A stretch of DNA of 64,000 nucleotides from Takakia lepidozioides (Eukaryota > Plantae > Bryophyta), in the NCBI GenBank assembly GCA_030704615.1, contig CM060732.1:40796001-40860000 (forward strand), given 5' to 3'. Position numbers and translations under genes: made by a program. Below the pieces are notes generated by a model, which searched no databases, had not been told where the DNA came from, and worked only from the letters and a program-made list of their open reading frames with translations. Position 1 is the first letter of the stretch, and every line of letters starts with the position of its first letter. Below are positions 12,953-26,900 of this stretch, in pieces.

Positions 12953-15900
12953 AATAGTTGCAATGTGTGAGGAGCTGTCACCAATGTCAAATTTTGTAGT
13001 TAGGAGATTTTATCTGGACAAGATTCCTGCTGTAGGCCTCATTGTTTGAGCTGGGACAGTTAAATTGGAGATTGTTGTTGTGAGAACATGACATAGATAG
13101 ATAATTTGTTAGTAAAACTGTTTTGTAATAGAATCTGTCGAATAGTTTAGGACATTACAACACAGTAGAAGTTACTGTCTGTAACCTTTAGTAGCTGAAC
13201 CACTTATATAAAGAAGAGTTGCATGTCAGACGCAAAGAGGGATTGCTTGAAATTTTGATAGGGTGGGATTGCATTTGCTTTTTTCTACTACCATACTATG
13301 TTTTTTAATTGTACAGTAGGCCAAAAACTGTACTAATACCAAGTAAATGCAAGTGCTATTGGGATTGTGAGGAGAAGCTGGGGTTTTTTGGGCCTTGGCC
13401 TTGGCATGGTGTTGACAGCAAACACAATAATAGTTCGTAACAATATCAAGAGCTCTATTGGGTACAGTAGACAACACTTGCCAAGGGAAGTGGCTTCTAT
13501 GTACGCTATCTTTGGTTGGAGTCTTAATTTGTCAGATTATTTTCAAGCCTGACTGTTGCAAAATGTAGGCCATCAGCACAGTTGTTCTGAAAGCTACACG
13601 GGATGAGATGTTTGGAGGAGAAGATCACAAATCCTTTTCAATACCCAGACTAGACCTAGACAATACTGCGCACATCTATATGAACGAGCTTTTAATTCAC
13701 AGAGCATTGGGTTAGAACTGCAATACCAAAAGGACCTTGTGGATTTAGAGCCTATTCACAGCTACAATTGACACAATCCTCACTTTATAAACAGAGATGA
13801 GAGGAATCTTGCCTGTCTCAATGGTGAGATTAGTCATGCTTCCTTGGTTTGCAGTTTGCACCTCCAAATTCTGAATTTGCCACAGCCTGCAGAATTAATG
13901 GGAATCTGGAGTAGCAGAGCGTGTGGCAAAACGTCTTCTCAATTGTGATCCACTGGATGGTGCTAGGGATCCATATACCCCGACAGAGTCCTATTGGCAA
14001 GCACGTAATCCCCAGGTGTCTCCAGAGAGAGCCATGCTCACCTTCCCCCTGCTTGGAGTCAGCCACAGAACATATTGAAATTCACAAGCACAGCTGCAAT
14101 CTCAATTGAGAGTCGTGCTCACCTTGCCTTGCTTGGGAGCCCGCCACCGCAACATAAGAGATTGGCAAGCGGAGCAGCAATCTCCAGAGAGAGCCATGGT
14201 CAGCTGTTCACTCGTTGTCGGCGCAATGCATGCAGGCTCGACACTATTTTTCACCTACAGCGGAAGAAATACCAATTTGGGTGGAACACCGGATGCTCAA
14301 CAAAGGCCGTAGAAAAACCGAAACTTGTATCATAACCAATCGGCTCTTTCAAGATTTTCTGCACCATCTGCGTCTCCGTTTGATCCATATGTGTTTGCAT
14401 GTCTGTCCCTGTCATGTCATGTCATGCCACTAGGAAATCTCGAATTGTCTGGCCCGCAGGCCCATCAACGATACTCTGGCAGGAGTTCCTCTCATATCCT
14501 TTACAGTGGTGGTGCCAAGCATCTTTCAAATCAAAGCCTTTCAGGTCGTCAGTGATTACAGCCTCACCTTCACAAACATAGGTGGTGGTAGCTTGGTCTA
14601 CACATGACAGTGAGGATCACATTGGGTTGTTTGAAACTGTGGCTGCTGATCTGCCTACGACTGGTGGTTTGAACAGGACAGGCCAACATGTTTGGAGTAC
14701 AACCATAGCCATACAAAGGGGGCCCTATATATGGATGGACAGTGGATCGACAAACCCTTGGGTGAGAGTACAGCTAACAGCTAGTATGACATAAGTTCGA
14801 GAACAATCTCGTGAAGGTTCTAGGGACGATATGCAGCATGTACCTCCCGACCAAGCATACACCGGGTATTATCTCGTGGATTATGATTACAACGGTTAAA
14901 ACTGCTACAGTGGGATTTGAAAGTAGATGACTTCAGTGACGTTGTAACTTGTAACTTTGCTTCAGCTCTTGAGAAGTCTGTCCTGATGAGAAGACCTTTC
15001 TTTGAAATATCTACAAGCTGTGACACGTTTTGAGCCTAAACTTGTAACCAGGACGACTCCCGCAGGATGGCAGGGTTACATGAGGGACCAGTGTTTGTAG
15101 TACATCCAAATGGCAGCTGGGGTAGCACCTCCACCCTCACCAAAACCACCAACAGTAGCATTTAAGGAATTTAATGAAAACCAAGCACCCTGAGAGTGCT
15201 GTGTGCAAACAATCTCTTCGTTGTTCATACATATCTAGCTTTTCCAAACTGCACCTGTGAGAAGCTGGAGAGTGAGGAGAGGTTCATCATGAGAAAGCTG
15301 AAAGAGAAGGGATCAAGAGGTCTCGTGTGCTCTTTACAAAGTAATGAAATGGGTTATGATTTTTTGGTTTGAAGACAATTTACATAAATAAATCTGCAAG
15401 TATGTGCACACATCCGTGTAGAGCTTGTATATTGACGTCCTCCAGGGATAGAGAATTCAAGATTCTTCTCTTATTACAGCTTGCTCCCAGGATGGAATCT
15501 GGAGGCATCTCTTCAAGATAATGCTGAACAATATAATCATTGCCATCCTAGCAGTGCTGTAAGCAAGAAGCTAGATTTTGATGACCTATTCCGACCGAAC
15601 TGCCAGAGATCATACAATCTGGTCCCAAGTGATCAGGCCTCTCTTTCAACTCGTGCTAATGCGAAATTTGCCTTCGATATGTCTCAAAGAAGTGATTTCT
15701 TGATCACTTAGCTTGGGCATTCTGAATGTAAAGGGTTAGAGCTACAGTGTGTTGGCGTTCCCTCGTACCAAGAACCTATTGAAGTACGTGGTAAACTACT
15801 CTGTGAAGTCATATCTCACAGCTATAGACAATGGCATTAACATACATCTCCGTTGATGAGCTCATGGATATAATCATTGCAGAAAAGTCTCACTTGATAT

Positions 15901-16529
15901 CCGCGCGCCTAGGTTGATTTTATCCTCAGAATCGCTCCTAGCGATACTCCAATCCTCACTATCGCTCAGAACGGCAGGAATTCCTCCAGAATATGTGCAT
16001 TCACTCCCGCACTCATTAACACCCGGCATATATCTGTTCAAACATACTTAGACTGCGCCCGAAATCAGGCGCCCTCAGAAAGGAAGCTAAGATCCGTGGG
16101 GCTGCTGTGCAGAGTTTGTGATTCCTAGCCTACAGATATGAGAGTGTTTCTGAGATATGGTTTAGAACTCATATGGTGCCCTCTCTCACAAATGCGCTAC
16201 AGTGAGTCTGGAGGGCGACCGAGGCAGTCAGCCCAACACCAGACTGTTCACACTATTGTTTAGTGTTTAGAGTAGTAAGCAGCATGTGTTTATTGACTGT
16301 GATCTCTGTATGTGCGGTGCTTGGGCACCACGCTGAACGTGTGCTTACGTTCGTGGGTCAGGCTTGGCGGCTGGCCTCTTAATCAGTCAACCTCCTCTGC
16401 TCATGGTCAGCTGCTGCCATGTCCCTATTTAATTCTACAATGAAACAAAACAAATTAATTAATTAAAATACTAAAGGGAAAACAACCTCAACCAATACTA
16501 AAAGGGGAAAAAAAAAACAACCTCTTTTT

Positions 16530-16682
16530 GTTTTTGAATTTATATACAGGGGACAGGCCCTTGACGGAATTTTATTGAGAATATTGAAGGGAAAAAAGAT
16601 TATTGCACAGCCGACAAGGTAACAGGATTCGAACCCAGATCGCCTGGGTGCTCTATCCACCTGAGCTACCGACTGGTGGTAA
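16530..16682 (-). mobile_element. tRNA-derived SINE
   Basis: The minus strand reads cggTAGCTCAGGTGGatagagcacccaggcgatctgGGTTCGAATCCtg (A and B boxes), followed by a body and an A-rich tail. The 3' portion recurs at about 16810-16910 and 32783-32865. Confidence 0.7.
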
Positions 16683-18119
16683 TATATTTGCTTCCCTAAA
16701 AATAGAAAATACTAAAAATAAATTGCAATTTTCCAACCTTCTGTTAGTCCTAGGGATCCATGCAGTGGATGTAATATTCTTGGACGTGATCTGTAGTTCA
16801 ATCCTACATTTTTTTTTTCTTTTTTTTTTCTTTTTTTTTTCTTTTTTTCAAGAACAGGGGACAGAGGCCCTGGAAGATTTTATTATAAGATTATTTTGGG
16901 GAAAAAAATTAAAACCCCATACACACCGTATTCAGTGAATGTGGAACCAGCTCTTCAAAATCCAAAGACCGGGCCCAAGGCCCTCCTCTTTAGAATATCT
17001 ATGAATTATAGTATTATTGTTCATTTAATAAATAACTAGTGTAGCCTGTGCGGTTGGCCCAAGTGTCATGTAAGTCCACATGCAACCCAAGTGCGTCCAA
17101 GTGGAGGCCCATGTGTGAAGAATTGAAATCGATATACCAGAATAAGTTGGATAGTCAAAAACACTGGAAATTTCAAATCTCCCGCATGAAGGGCCAATCA
17201 TTGCGTCTCCTATCGAGGCTTTAGATATTGATATATCCAATCACTCACTGTACCAGGAAAGCCCACTTTGCTATTTTCACGAATTTCCAACGACCAAAAG
17301 TACTTGAAATTCCATGTCTCCCACACTGATGAGACCAAGCCGGCCCGCCCTCCTCATCGAAGCTTCGTTCCAATGGCACCGGGGCGGCCCGTGGTTTGGG
17401 AGATCTCAACGACCCAACAAAACAAAACAAAACAAACTACCTCCCTTCATATATTGATTTCAGGTCCAACTTGGACTGTCTAAGGCCAGTCTTCTTTTGT
17501 AGAAACGGAATAATAACTAAAAATTAAAATTAAAATTAAAATTAAAAGCATCAATAGTGCTAGGTGCCACCAGAAGATTCCGGGCTCAAATCCTGCAACT
17601 TTCTGTGGTACTGTCTGTTTTCATGGTGTTAGGGTCTGAGAGAGGGTTATTTATCCCTCTCCACTTATTTATTTGTTTTCGGAATGGCTGTCCTCTTGAA
17701 ATTTGTTATTTATTTATTTTAAAGAAACATTGTTAAAAAATATATATTTGTTTTTTGTTGTTTCGATTTTGACGAAAGGGAGGAAGCTATATTTATTCGA
17801 AAAGATAGCCTATTTATTCGAAAAGATTCCTTAGAGGGAAAAAAAGATTAAAACCTGGAGAAGCAATAGGTAAGAGGAGGTTATTTTCTCCTCTCACTAT
17901 TAATGGGCCTGATTTGGGGCTGTCGCTCCGAGGTGTTTCCCTTTATATTTTAAAAAATAAATAAATAAGGAAAAGGAAAAGGAAAAGGAAAAGAAAAACA
18001 TAAAATAGGTCAAAGGCGTGGGAGAATGGCGTGAGTAGGAGGCGGCTGCGACCCCCGAGGCGGTCTGCGCGGTCTGCGCGTTTGTCCACCCGAGACCTGT
18101 TCCCAGAAGGAAGCTCTCG

Positions 18120-18126
18120 TATATAA
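18120..18126 (+). promoter_or_regulatory. TATA box of DAHP synthase gene
   Basis: TATATAA followed by a pyrimidine-rich leader, about 200 bp before the ATG. Confidence 0.55.
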
Positions 18127-18328
18127 CTACACTCTCCCTCATATCCACTCCACTTCGCTCCACTGCAACATCCTTGAGCATTACTCTTCTCCTCCTCCGA
18201 CCTATGCAGGTAGCAATCGTTGATCACCTAATAGAGTTCGTGAGTTGTGAGAATTGCAGCTTCGTGCACTAGAGTTTTGTATTTGAGTGAAATCTCGAGG
18301 TAATCTGTGTACACCTGCAATTCAAGCT

Positions 18329-21074
18329 ATGGCGCTAACAGCAGTTGCGAAGCAGTCTCTGATCAGCACACGTCTGTCTCAATCTGGTCATGACAACTCC
18401 AGCCTGTTCGGTACTCGCGTCCAGACTGGAGTGACCCACTTAAATGTTGCCAATCGCAAAAGTGTCCACAACAAAGCTGTGAGAGCCGTCCACGCTGCTG
18501 AGCCTACTAGGGCTCCAATGCTTGCGGAGCCTGTAAAGTTGGACAATGAGGATGCACTAGTGTGGCGCCAGGCCGATTGGTCTCCGAACAGCTGGCGATC
18601 AAAGATTGCGCTGCAGCAGCCAACCTATTCCGATGTACAGCAACTTGAGGAGGTGGTGAAGACCTTGGAGAGCTTTCCACCATTGGTGTTTGCTGGAGAG
18701 GCTCGCAGTTTGGAGGCGAGGCTGCATGACGCTGCTCTTGGGAAAGCTTTTCTGCTGCAGGGGGGCGATTGTGCTGAGAGTTTCAAGGAATTCGACCCAA
18801 CTAACATTCGGGATACATTCCGTGTGCTTCTTCAAATGGGAGCGGTCCTCATGTTTGGGGGCCAAGTGCCAATTGTTAAGGTAACCTTGTCTAATCAGTG
18901 CGCTTGAAATTCGATTGTAACATTGGATTGATCTTCTCAGTTGCAATTCAAGCTTCAGCAGTCAGGTACTAGCAATTCAACATGGCGCCTGTCTATAGAT
19001 CCGAAACACTACATATGACCGCCTTTATCATCTGCTTCTTCTTAATGGGAATTCTACAATTTATGTCATACAAAAATCCTGATGGACGACCTTGGCATGA
19101 AGCAGGTGGGGCGCATGGCTGGACAGTTTTCCAAGCCCAGATCATCAGATTATGAGGAAGTGAATGGTATGAAGTTGCCTAGCTACAGGGGTGATAACAT
19201 TAATGGTGACGCACCTACCATGGAGGCTCGCAAGCCTGACCCAAACCGCATGGTGCGAGCATACACGCAAGCAGCTGCTACCCTCAATCTTCTCCGAGCC
19301 TTCGCCAGCGGAGGATATGCCGCCATGGAACGCGTTACCCAGTGGAACCTCGACTTCGCATCCCAAAGCGAGCAAGGAGATAGGTGTGCATTTTGTAGTG
19401 TTGTTCAGCAAACTGCAATCAAACGGCCTTGTAACTCATGCTCAGGAAGTTGTCAGTGAATTCAAGAACAGATGTTTACAAATTTCTGGACATATGTAAC
19501 TTCGAAAGATTTTAGTCAAACAAATCTCATGGATAGATACTGCTGGTCCAGGCGCACATTTCTTCTGCCAGTCAGAGCTGTTATACAAAATGGTCACATG
19601 ATGCACAGTGTAGAAATCGGTCACTAACATGTAGTTTTGGTTCATGCGTGCCAGGTACCGGAAATTGGCCAGCCATGTGGATGAGGCACTTGGCTTCATG
19701 TCAGCATGCGGATTGACATCAGATCACAGTGTCATGAAAACTACTGAATTCTGGACCTCACATGAGTGTCTTTTGCTTCCGTATGAGCAAGCCATGACGC
19801 GCAAGGATTCCACCAGCGGGCTTTGGTATGATTGTTCTGCACACATGTTGTGGATCGGTGAGCGCACTCGCCAGCTTGATGGAGCCCACATTGAGTTTCT
19901 TCGCGGGGTCGCAAACCCCTTGGGTGTCAAGGTACTAATCTAGTGCTATTTATTGAATAACCTGTTCACGAAGCGTATACGATTTACTTGAAGATATGTG
20001 TACCACTTCGTGAATTTTTGCAACACTAGTCTTGCAAGGCCCGAGGAAACTGGACAAGACTTAGCTTTAGATTGAGGGTGCCTTTGATCATTCATGTGCA
20101 CTATATGATTGAGTCAATGATTGACTGAAGCAGATTGATTTATGTACATTAATCTATGATCAGAGAGCTGATTATGTGAGATGGTGCACAGGTGAGTGAT
20201 AAAATGGTTCCAGAAGACTTGGTGCAGCTGTGTGAGATGCTGAATCCCGAAAACAAACCAGGCAGGTTGACTGTGATCGTTCGTATGGGAGCAGAGAAGC
20301 TTCGGCAAAAGTTGCCCGTTTTGATTCGGGCGGTGCGTCAGGCAGGCTGCATCGTGACGTGGGTCAGTGATCCCATGCATGGAAACACAATCAAAGCTCC
20401 ATCTGGAATCAAGACTCGTCCTTTTCATGCCATCCTGGTAAGCACAATTGATAAATTCTCAGGAACGTTAATAAGCCTTCAATGTCCTCATTGTCCTGAG
20501 CACTGACCATTTTCCGTGCCGTGAATGACCGCCCTTGGAACCTCGTAGCCAAAAACTGGCAACGTGCTGCTAACTAATTGAGTGCTATTACGTATGAACA
20601 ATGCATGTAGATCGAATGTCCAGCCTGTGGGAGTCGCAATCTCAGTACATTCAAATATGTTGTAGTGACCATCTAATATCCAAGCCTTTTGACTAAAGCT
20701 CGCTTGCAGTTTCTAATGAGACTTTAGAATAGTTGCAATAGATATGTGATGAGGTCGCAGTCATAAGCTCGTGTAGTCGAAAATGTGAACTCAAAATGTT
20801 CTTTCCCGCGCGTCTTGTGGCACAGGAGGAAGTGAAGGCATTCTTTGACGTGCACGAACAAGAAGGCAGCTACGCTGGTGGAGTCCATTTGGAAATGACT
20901 GGCCAAAATGTGACAGAGTGTGTGGGTGGGTCACGGGAGGTTACATTTGAGGATCTGAGCTCACGCTACCACACCCACTGTGATCCTCGCCTGAATGCCT
21001 CTCAGTCACTGGAGCTCGCATTCCTTATCGCCGAGCGGCTTCAGAAGAGACGCTCGACTACTTTTAAGAGTTAG
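18329..21074 (+). CDS. DHS: Class II 3-deoxy-D-arabino-heptulosonate 7-phosphate synthase, plastid-targeted
   Basis: Exons 18329-18880, 19106-19383, 19655-19931, 20192-20437 and 20826-21074, all GT-AG and in frame. Motifs include [53 protein letters not shown] and [10 protein letters not shown]. The N-terminus is transit-peptide-like. Confidence 0.97.
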
Positions 21075-22301
21075 AATCGATGGTTCCAATCCTCTCTAAG
21101 CTGAATCGATTCGTCAAACATTAAACTTGGACCGGAGGCTCGTGTACATAAATACTTTAACTGCTGCCAGAACTAGGGGAAGTTGTTCAAAATGCCCTTT
21201 CTTCATGCTGGGCAACCCTCAAACCTCCTTGAGTCCTTTTCGGAGTTTCTCTTACACGTGGGTTGAGAGTCACTCCCAAAACTAAAACCCACGGTAGGTA
21301 GAAACAGTTTGAACTTGATACTACCTAGAATTATTATCAATTGATAATTTTTTCTCTTCGGATTGCGCAAGTCCGCAGGAGTTGATCATCTAGATTCTCA
21401 GGGTGAGTTAGTCGAAAATTGCTTACCCTCAGGACGAATACAGATGACTAGCAGAGTATGCAATTCTGTGCACAAACTAGATTAGGGTCCTTCATCCACG
21501 TGCAGTATTGTGGAATGAGTCTGGACAACACAATTGATATGAGCGAGCTCAATTCATTAATACAAAGACTCAAAACGAGTCTGTATTCTCATTTATCTAG
21601 AAAAGTTTCTCGTTTCAATACTTATATGTGCAATTGATTTAGAAGACTGCAAAGATGCCTACAGGCACTTGAGATGACCACGAATGCACTTCCGACTGGA
21701 GCAAATGATCTCAGAGTACTCTCCGTGCTCCAGTCTTGCTGCCACATATCTTGCACTCAATTCAGACTTGATGACAGCATAAATCTCAGCGGAAGACCAA
21801 CTAATGTATGTACTACGATGCCATAAGATATCGTTCTCGCAGAAATTCAGGTAAATTTGGTACTGTAAGCACACTCTCCATGCTCATGTAGCTGTAGTAC
21901 AGTTTCACTGATGTTCTGTCTTCACCAGTCCTGATGAGCGCCTCCGCACATGGCTACCCAACCTCCTCTCTTGAGACGGAAGACTTGGTCGACTAAACTA
22001 AACTTGACTTCGGTTTCTTACTGATGAGATTTGACATAACATTTGTCGGCCGGACTCTGCAAAGGGTTCTGGAACCCAGTTCAAGACTGTACATGGAATA
22101 CCCCATCCATATAGTTAGAAACGAACACCAAAATTTCATTAACACAATAGTGGGCATGCAACGGATATGCTGTCTGTTCCTTGAAGTCAAAATCAGTGCC
22201 TTGGCGATGATTCCATTAATTGAATTCCGATCTTTTAAAAAATCAACAGGTTGTACAAAGATTCTACATCTGTCTCTGATTTGCGTGTAGAGAGAAGATT
22301 A

Positions 22302-23455
22302 GGTCCCTTCCGGACTAGCGACCGGACAAAACACTCAAAAAAAAACAACGTTTGTCCACCATTTCGGCCGCTTCATAGATGCCATGTCATCAAGAGTTGC
22401 AGGAAGTTGTGGGAACCCAGCTCACAAGCTTCAGAGCATTTTCACACCCAAGTTGTGGACAAAAGGAGTCCGCTGGACAAGATATCTTGTCAAACTGTCT
22501 GGTTTTTGTTTCAAGGTTTCTTGTGGATAGTATCGCGCACAGCCATGGAGCCTTTGGGAAGTGATCTCCTTGCAATATTTGCTCTTCAGTTTTCCATGTT
22601 CGTTATTTTAGAGGCTATGTCGAGTAGACATTCTCTAGCAATCAACAACCATCTCCAAACTGTATTGACCATGCTTGATATTGTATTGTCATCTTCCTGC
22701 AAAGGTATTGTTCTCTATGTTGGCTTCACGGAGCTCTCTGGCAAAGGTAGAAAGAGGCGCAAAGAGAGCCGGCTACGTTACGTTTTGTCCAATGGAGAAG
22801 ATTTGGGGCCTGCTACTACCTTGGCCCAAATTTGCTTTGTTTTGTCTGCTGAGGTGGCAAAAGTGGAGTGATGACTCAGCACGGTCCAGACCAGTGTTGG
22901 ACTGGTACATAGGTAAAGGACCGGTATAAAATACTGGTATATGCACTGGTATTAGATACCAGACCAGTCTGGTATCGTTTGGGAGAATACTTGGTCATAT
23001 ACCAGACCAGGCTGGTATTCATACCAGCCACAATACCAGTACTCCCCCGCAGTCTACCTCATTTACTCTGGTATGTGTACCATATTAATTTATGTGTACA
23101 TTTGCCTATATATTTGTATTTATGTATATTTACTTCTAAAGCCATCTTTGAATTACAAGTTTATCAAATAGCAAATATCAAGTGAAAATACAATACACAT
23201 AACAGATGATACCAGAGTTGATATCTCATACCGGCTGATATTGTGGTCATGATACTCACACTAGTATTTGGACAAATATACATCCACCATTATATAGACC
23301 AGACTGGTATGAAAACTTTGTGATACGCCTGGTACCAGGACCAGACTGTTATGTAAAAAACTTGATACCAGTCCAACACTATAGCGGACAAAATCCGATT
23401 TTTACCCAATCGGAGTGCAAGTTTGTTTTGTCCGGTCACTAGTCTGGAATGGCCC
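22302..23455. mobile_element. PIF/Harbinger-like non-autonomous element
   Basis: TTA|ggtcccttccggactagcgaccggacaaaac ... gttttgtccggtcactagtctggaatggccc|TTA: 31-bp TIR (27/31) with a TTA TSD. Confidence 0.85.
22892..23381. mobile_element. hAT-like MITE nested in the Harbinger element
   Basis: cagtgttggactggta ... taccagtccaacacta TIRs with many subterminal ACCAG/CTGGT motifs. The ends match those of the 6115 and 35304 copies. Confidence 0.7.
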
Positions 23456-23909
23456 TTAGGTCCCATTTCGAACGGTGTCCAGAGACAAATTTGAAGAGAT
23501 CAGGATTTCTTCACAGACTTAGCGTACTATTTGCTGGCAGATGGGTGGACAGATGATTTGCGCACAAAAAGAATGCTGTTGGTAACATTTGAATGTACTC
23601 TTCTTTATATATAAGCCATCCGTGGGTCTTATTCTAGCAGAAGAGAGTATGTAATCATATCAGGGACTATCGGCTTTATGGTGACCATTGTTGGTCCTGC
23701 CTCCGGATAGAACCACACTTGGAAACTTAGATAATTTAGGGACCACCTCAGGTGGGTGTAGCATAGCAGGTTCAGGTAGATCTGAGGGGAACCATATATG
23801 GTACCAGCTTACTCTATAAACCTTTGCCTGGTAAGTTCCAATTGATATCAATGGACCTGTGCTTTGATTGATTGATTTGGCCTCAACGTGGTGGCCACAA
23901 TATAGTACA

Positions 23910-26900
23910 TCAGAACAACTTCTTGCACAACCTGCTGAATGTTGATTGAGTTTGTAGGTTGCCTGGACCATTGGATTTGTCGGTTGCTACTTGCCTGTTG
24001 GCAGCCACATCACTATTTGCAATCACTGAAGAAGAACGAGAAACAGTTAGATCTCGTTCAGATCACCATTGCCTTTAACCTCCAACATAGCCTCTGTAGA
24101 CATGTCGAAACGGGAAACCTCAGCTGATCTATTTGTAGTTAGCTCTACAGGTGAAGAGCCCATAGAAGGGCATTGGACGTGCAGAGATTAGGGTGCAAAC
24201 AAGTATGTCCCACCAGAAAATAAAGGTTGAATGCACTTCACTTGCACAAACTTAAGGAATTTGGTGGGGCATATGTATGTTAGTCTTGCCAGAAGTCACC
24301 GGTTGAGAGCACTTACAGCAGCTTGCAGGACGTTTGTGTAAAACATTCAATTTTGAAGGCGATACTGCAGGGGAGTACTCGTTGCTGCTGGTCCCAGCAT
24401 CCGAGATGGACGATGTTTGTCCATTGCCATCTCCAGACTGAGAGAACAATGAATCTTTGTCTGATTGCTCAGCTTCTTCTTCGCGACCTGCTTGCCATGC
24501 CATTGGTTTCCAAATACACTCAAAAAGACAGGTGGTTATGAAAGAAGACTCAGCATGTTTGGACAGTTTCTGTGCTTCAATCTTTGCTGTGAAATAAGGG
24601 GGCATTTGACAAGCTTCGGAGGACCCCAGTATCCAGCTTGTGAGAGACAAGTTGGATCTTAGCCCCTTGCCTTCCTTAAACAAGACGCATGTCCATAAAA
24701 GAGAGCTTTCATTTGGTTGCCTTCTTCATAATCAGACTCTAGAGATCTGTATTGTGAGTTGTATCTCTGGCAAGCTTGACGGGATCGAGACTTACCAGGG
24801 AGAACTGTTTTCCCGTAGATGGCTGTGACCAAGTTTGACACGATTGAATCATTTTGAACTCGCCTCACTGATACAGACATGACAAACCCCACTTAATAAG
24901 ATGGCATTCTTGATACATAGATCATCTTGTGGATCTAAAATCTACACTCATCAGGAATTGGTGCTTCATACCAGTTAAACAAGCACAGCTGCCTCTTTCT
25001 CACACTCGCATTTGCAAGAGATGTCTAATATTCCTCAGCAGAGGTTTAAAATGAATTTCAATCTGAGTTTGTGAAGAGTGGATTTATCAAGAAAGAGGAT
25101 ATGCGAGTAGCGCGCAGTCATTCAACATGTCCTTGTGTAAGCAGTGAGAGAGTACATACACTGATTGAAGAAACCATTTCTCCCGAGTGAACTAGAACCT
25201 ACAAGCAGCATAGTTGCCATCTCCTTGTCCCTTGCTGAGCCAATCTGGAGATTCTCTGTATCCAGAAGTATTCCTGCCAGCTGCAATGCAAACGTCCACA
25301 TCAAATTAGTAGAGCCACCTTCACTGCTCTTCTGTGAGCTCCAAGATAACAAACTCAACAGAACATCAGCACAAGTTACCAGTCCGTCCAATAAACTGCA
25401 AGCAGAGTTCAAAGTATGGACAATGGTCCCCTAGACGGCCAGATAGATATGCTTCAAACTGTTGCGCTTGGGTTTATTGGTGGAGCAGCTTCACACACAC
25501 AGGTGAAAAGCACAAAGCTGTCTAATTCAGTGAATGTCCCTACCAGAAGTGTCTTCACATATCGAACTTGCATTAGGGATTGAGCTTCCTTGAGGAATCG
25601 TTCAGCAAGAAGCGTGCAGCACGATCCCACCTATCATAATCAAGGTGAAGTCCATTCATCAGAGCATGTTATGCAGTCAGCAGCTTCCCGTAGTGTCTGT
25701 CGTCCCCAAGTGAGACCAAAGCATGATTGAATCTTTCAGTCTTGATGTGGATTTCTATCAATAATTACATAAGGAGACAAACAAAGTCACTCAAAGACAC
25801 GGGAAAGGCCCAGAAAAGGAGGGTCGTCAATGCCAAGAAAGGCTGGGTTTTTGACAACTTTGGAAGCAAAATGTTCCAGGACCATTTCTTAGTTTGGCTG
25901 TGTCATCCTCAGGGCCATGCTAATCTTCTGTGTCAGGAAAATTGTATTGAATGTGTCTGATCTGACGGAGAAAAGAGTCTGAGAACCATAATCACAGCAA
26001 AGGAATAAACAGACAGAGACCTAGAGAGATTGCTTAGAGAAGTACAGAAGAGTGAGAGGACTAACTTCATTCCTTGTTGCAAGTATATCCTGACCAATGA
26101 CAGTCATCTTCACACATCCTGCTGCAATAAGGTCGTCAAAAATGATCTGCACATTGCCAGAGGTTGTATCTCATCTCTGTTGATCTTCCCTTCTGCAAAG
26201 AAGGATCGCATAATGAGCAGCCAAAAGGTCCAAAGACTTGACGAAATCATTAGATGTAGAATTACCTCATCAGAGAAAACCAAAGCTTTCGAATCAATGC
26301 CACAAACATCAAAGAGCCACGCGGCATCCTTGTGCTGCTGCATGTCATGTCTTGGGATATTGATGATAGGGACACTATGCCATGTCTTATCTGTTAAAGG
26401 AGGCGATGCATTCCCCAGTAACCATGCCATACAAATGGCAGCCACTGCAGAGCTTACTTCTGCAACATACAACAGGGTATCAGTCTCACACTCTTGGTTG
26501 TAAGTTGAAGATCCATCAGCACGCTGAAACTTGAAATTATTACTAATGGAAGTGGAACTAGAGCGGAAAATCCACTGGTTCATGCACATCTAGATCAATG
26601 CAATGCCTGGTCATATGCGTTTCTCAGATCTGGAGAAAACAGCAAAGGAAAAGTTCAGGGAAAATCCAAACTCGAACTGTCATACAAGAGGGGTACACCT
26701 GCCAGTGCAACATTGCTTGTGGAGAGGCTGTTAGTCAGACCCCAAGGGAGATCTAATCCAACTGATCCTTGATGCTGTAGTATGAATTGCAGTCTTCATT
26801 TAACATGCTGGCGTAAACTTCCAAAAATGCAAGACGAACGAGATAAATCAGATGAAGACCGAAAGCATACCGAAGTTTGCCTCAGAATGGATGATTTGGA

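Noticed and set aside
13800-16200. Cluster of short ORFs between eIF3L and DHS
   Set aside because: There are no recognisable motifs or consistent exon chain.
21640-22250. Minus-strand frame with a CKIC..H..H zinc-finger-like pattern
   Set aside because: It has six or more stops and no recognisable family, so it may be chance.
22251-22871. 206-aa ORF
   Set aside because: It runs through a MITE TIR and interior and has no protein motif.
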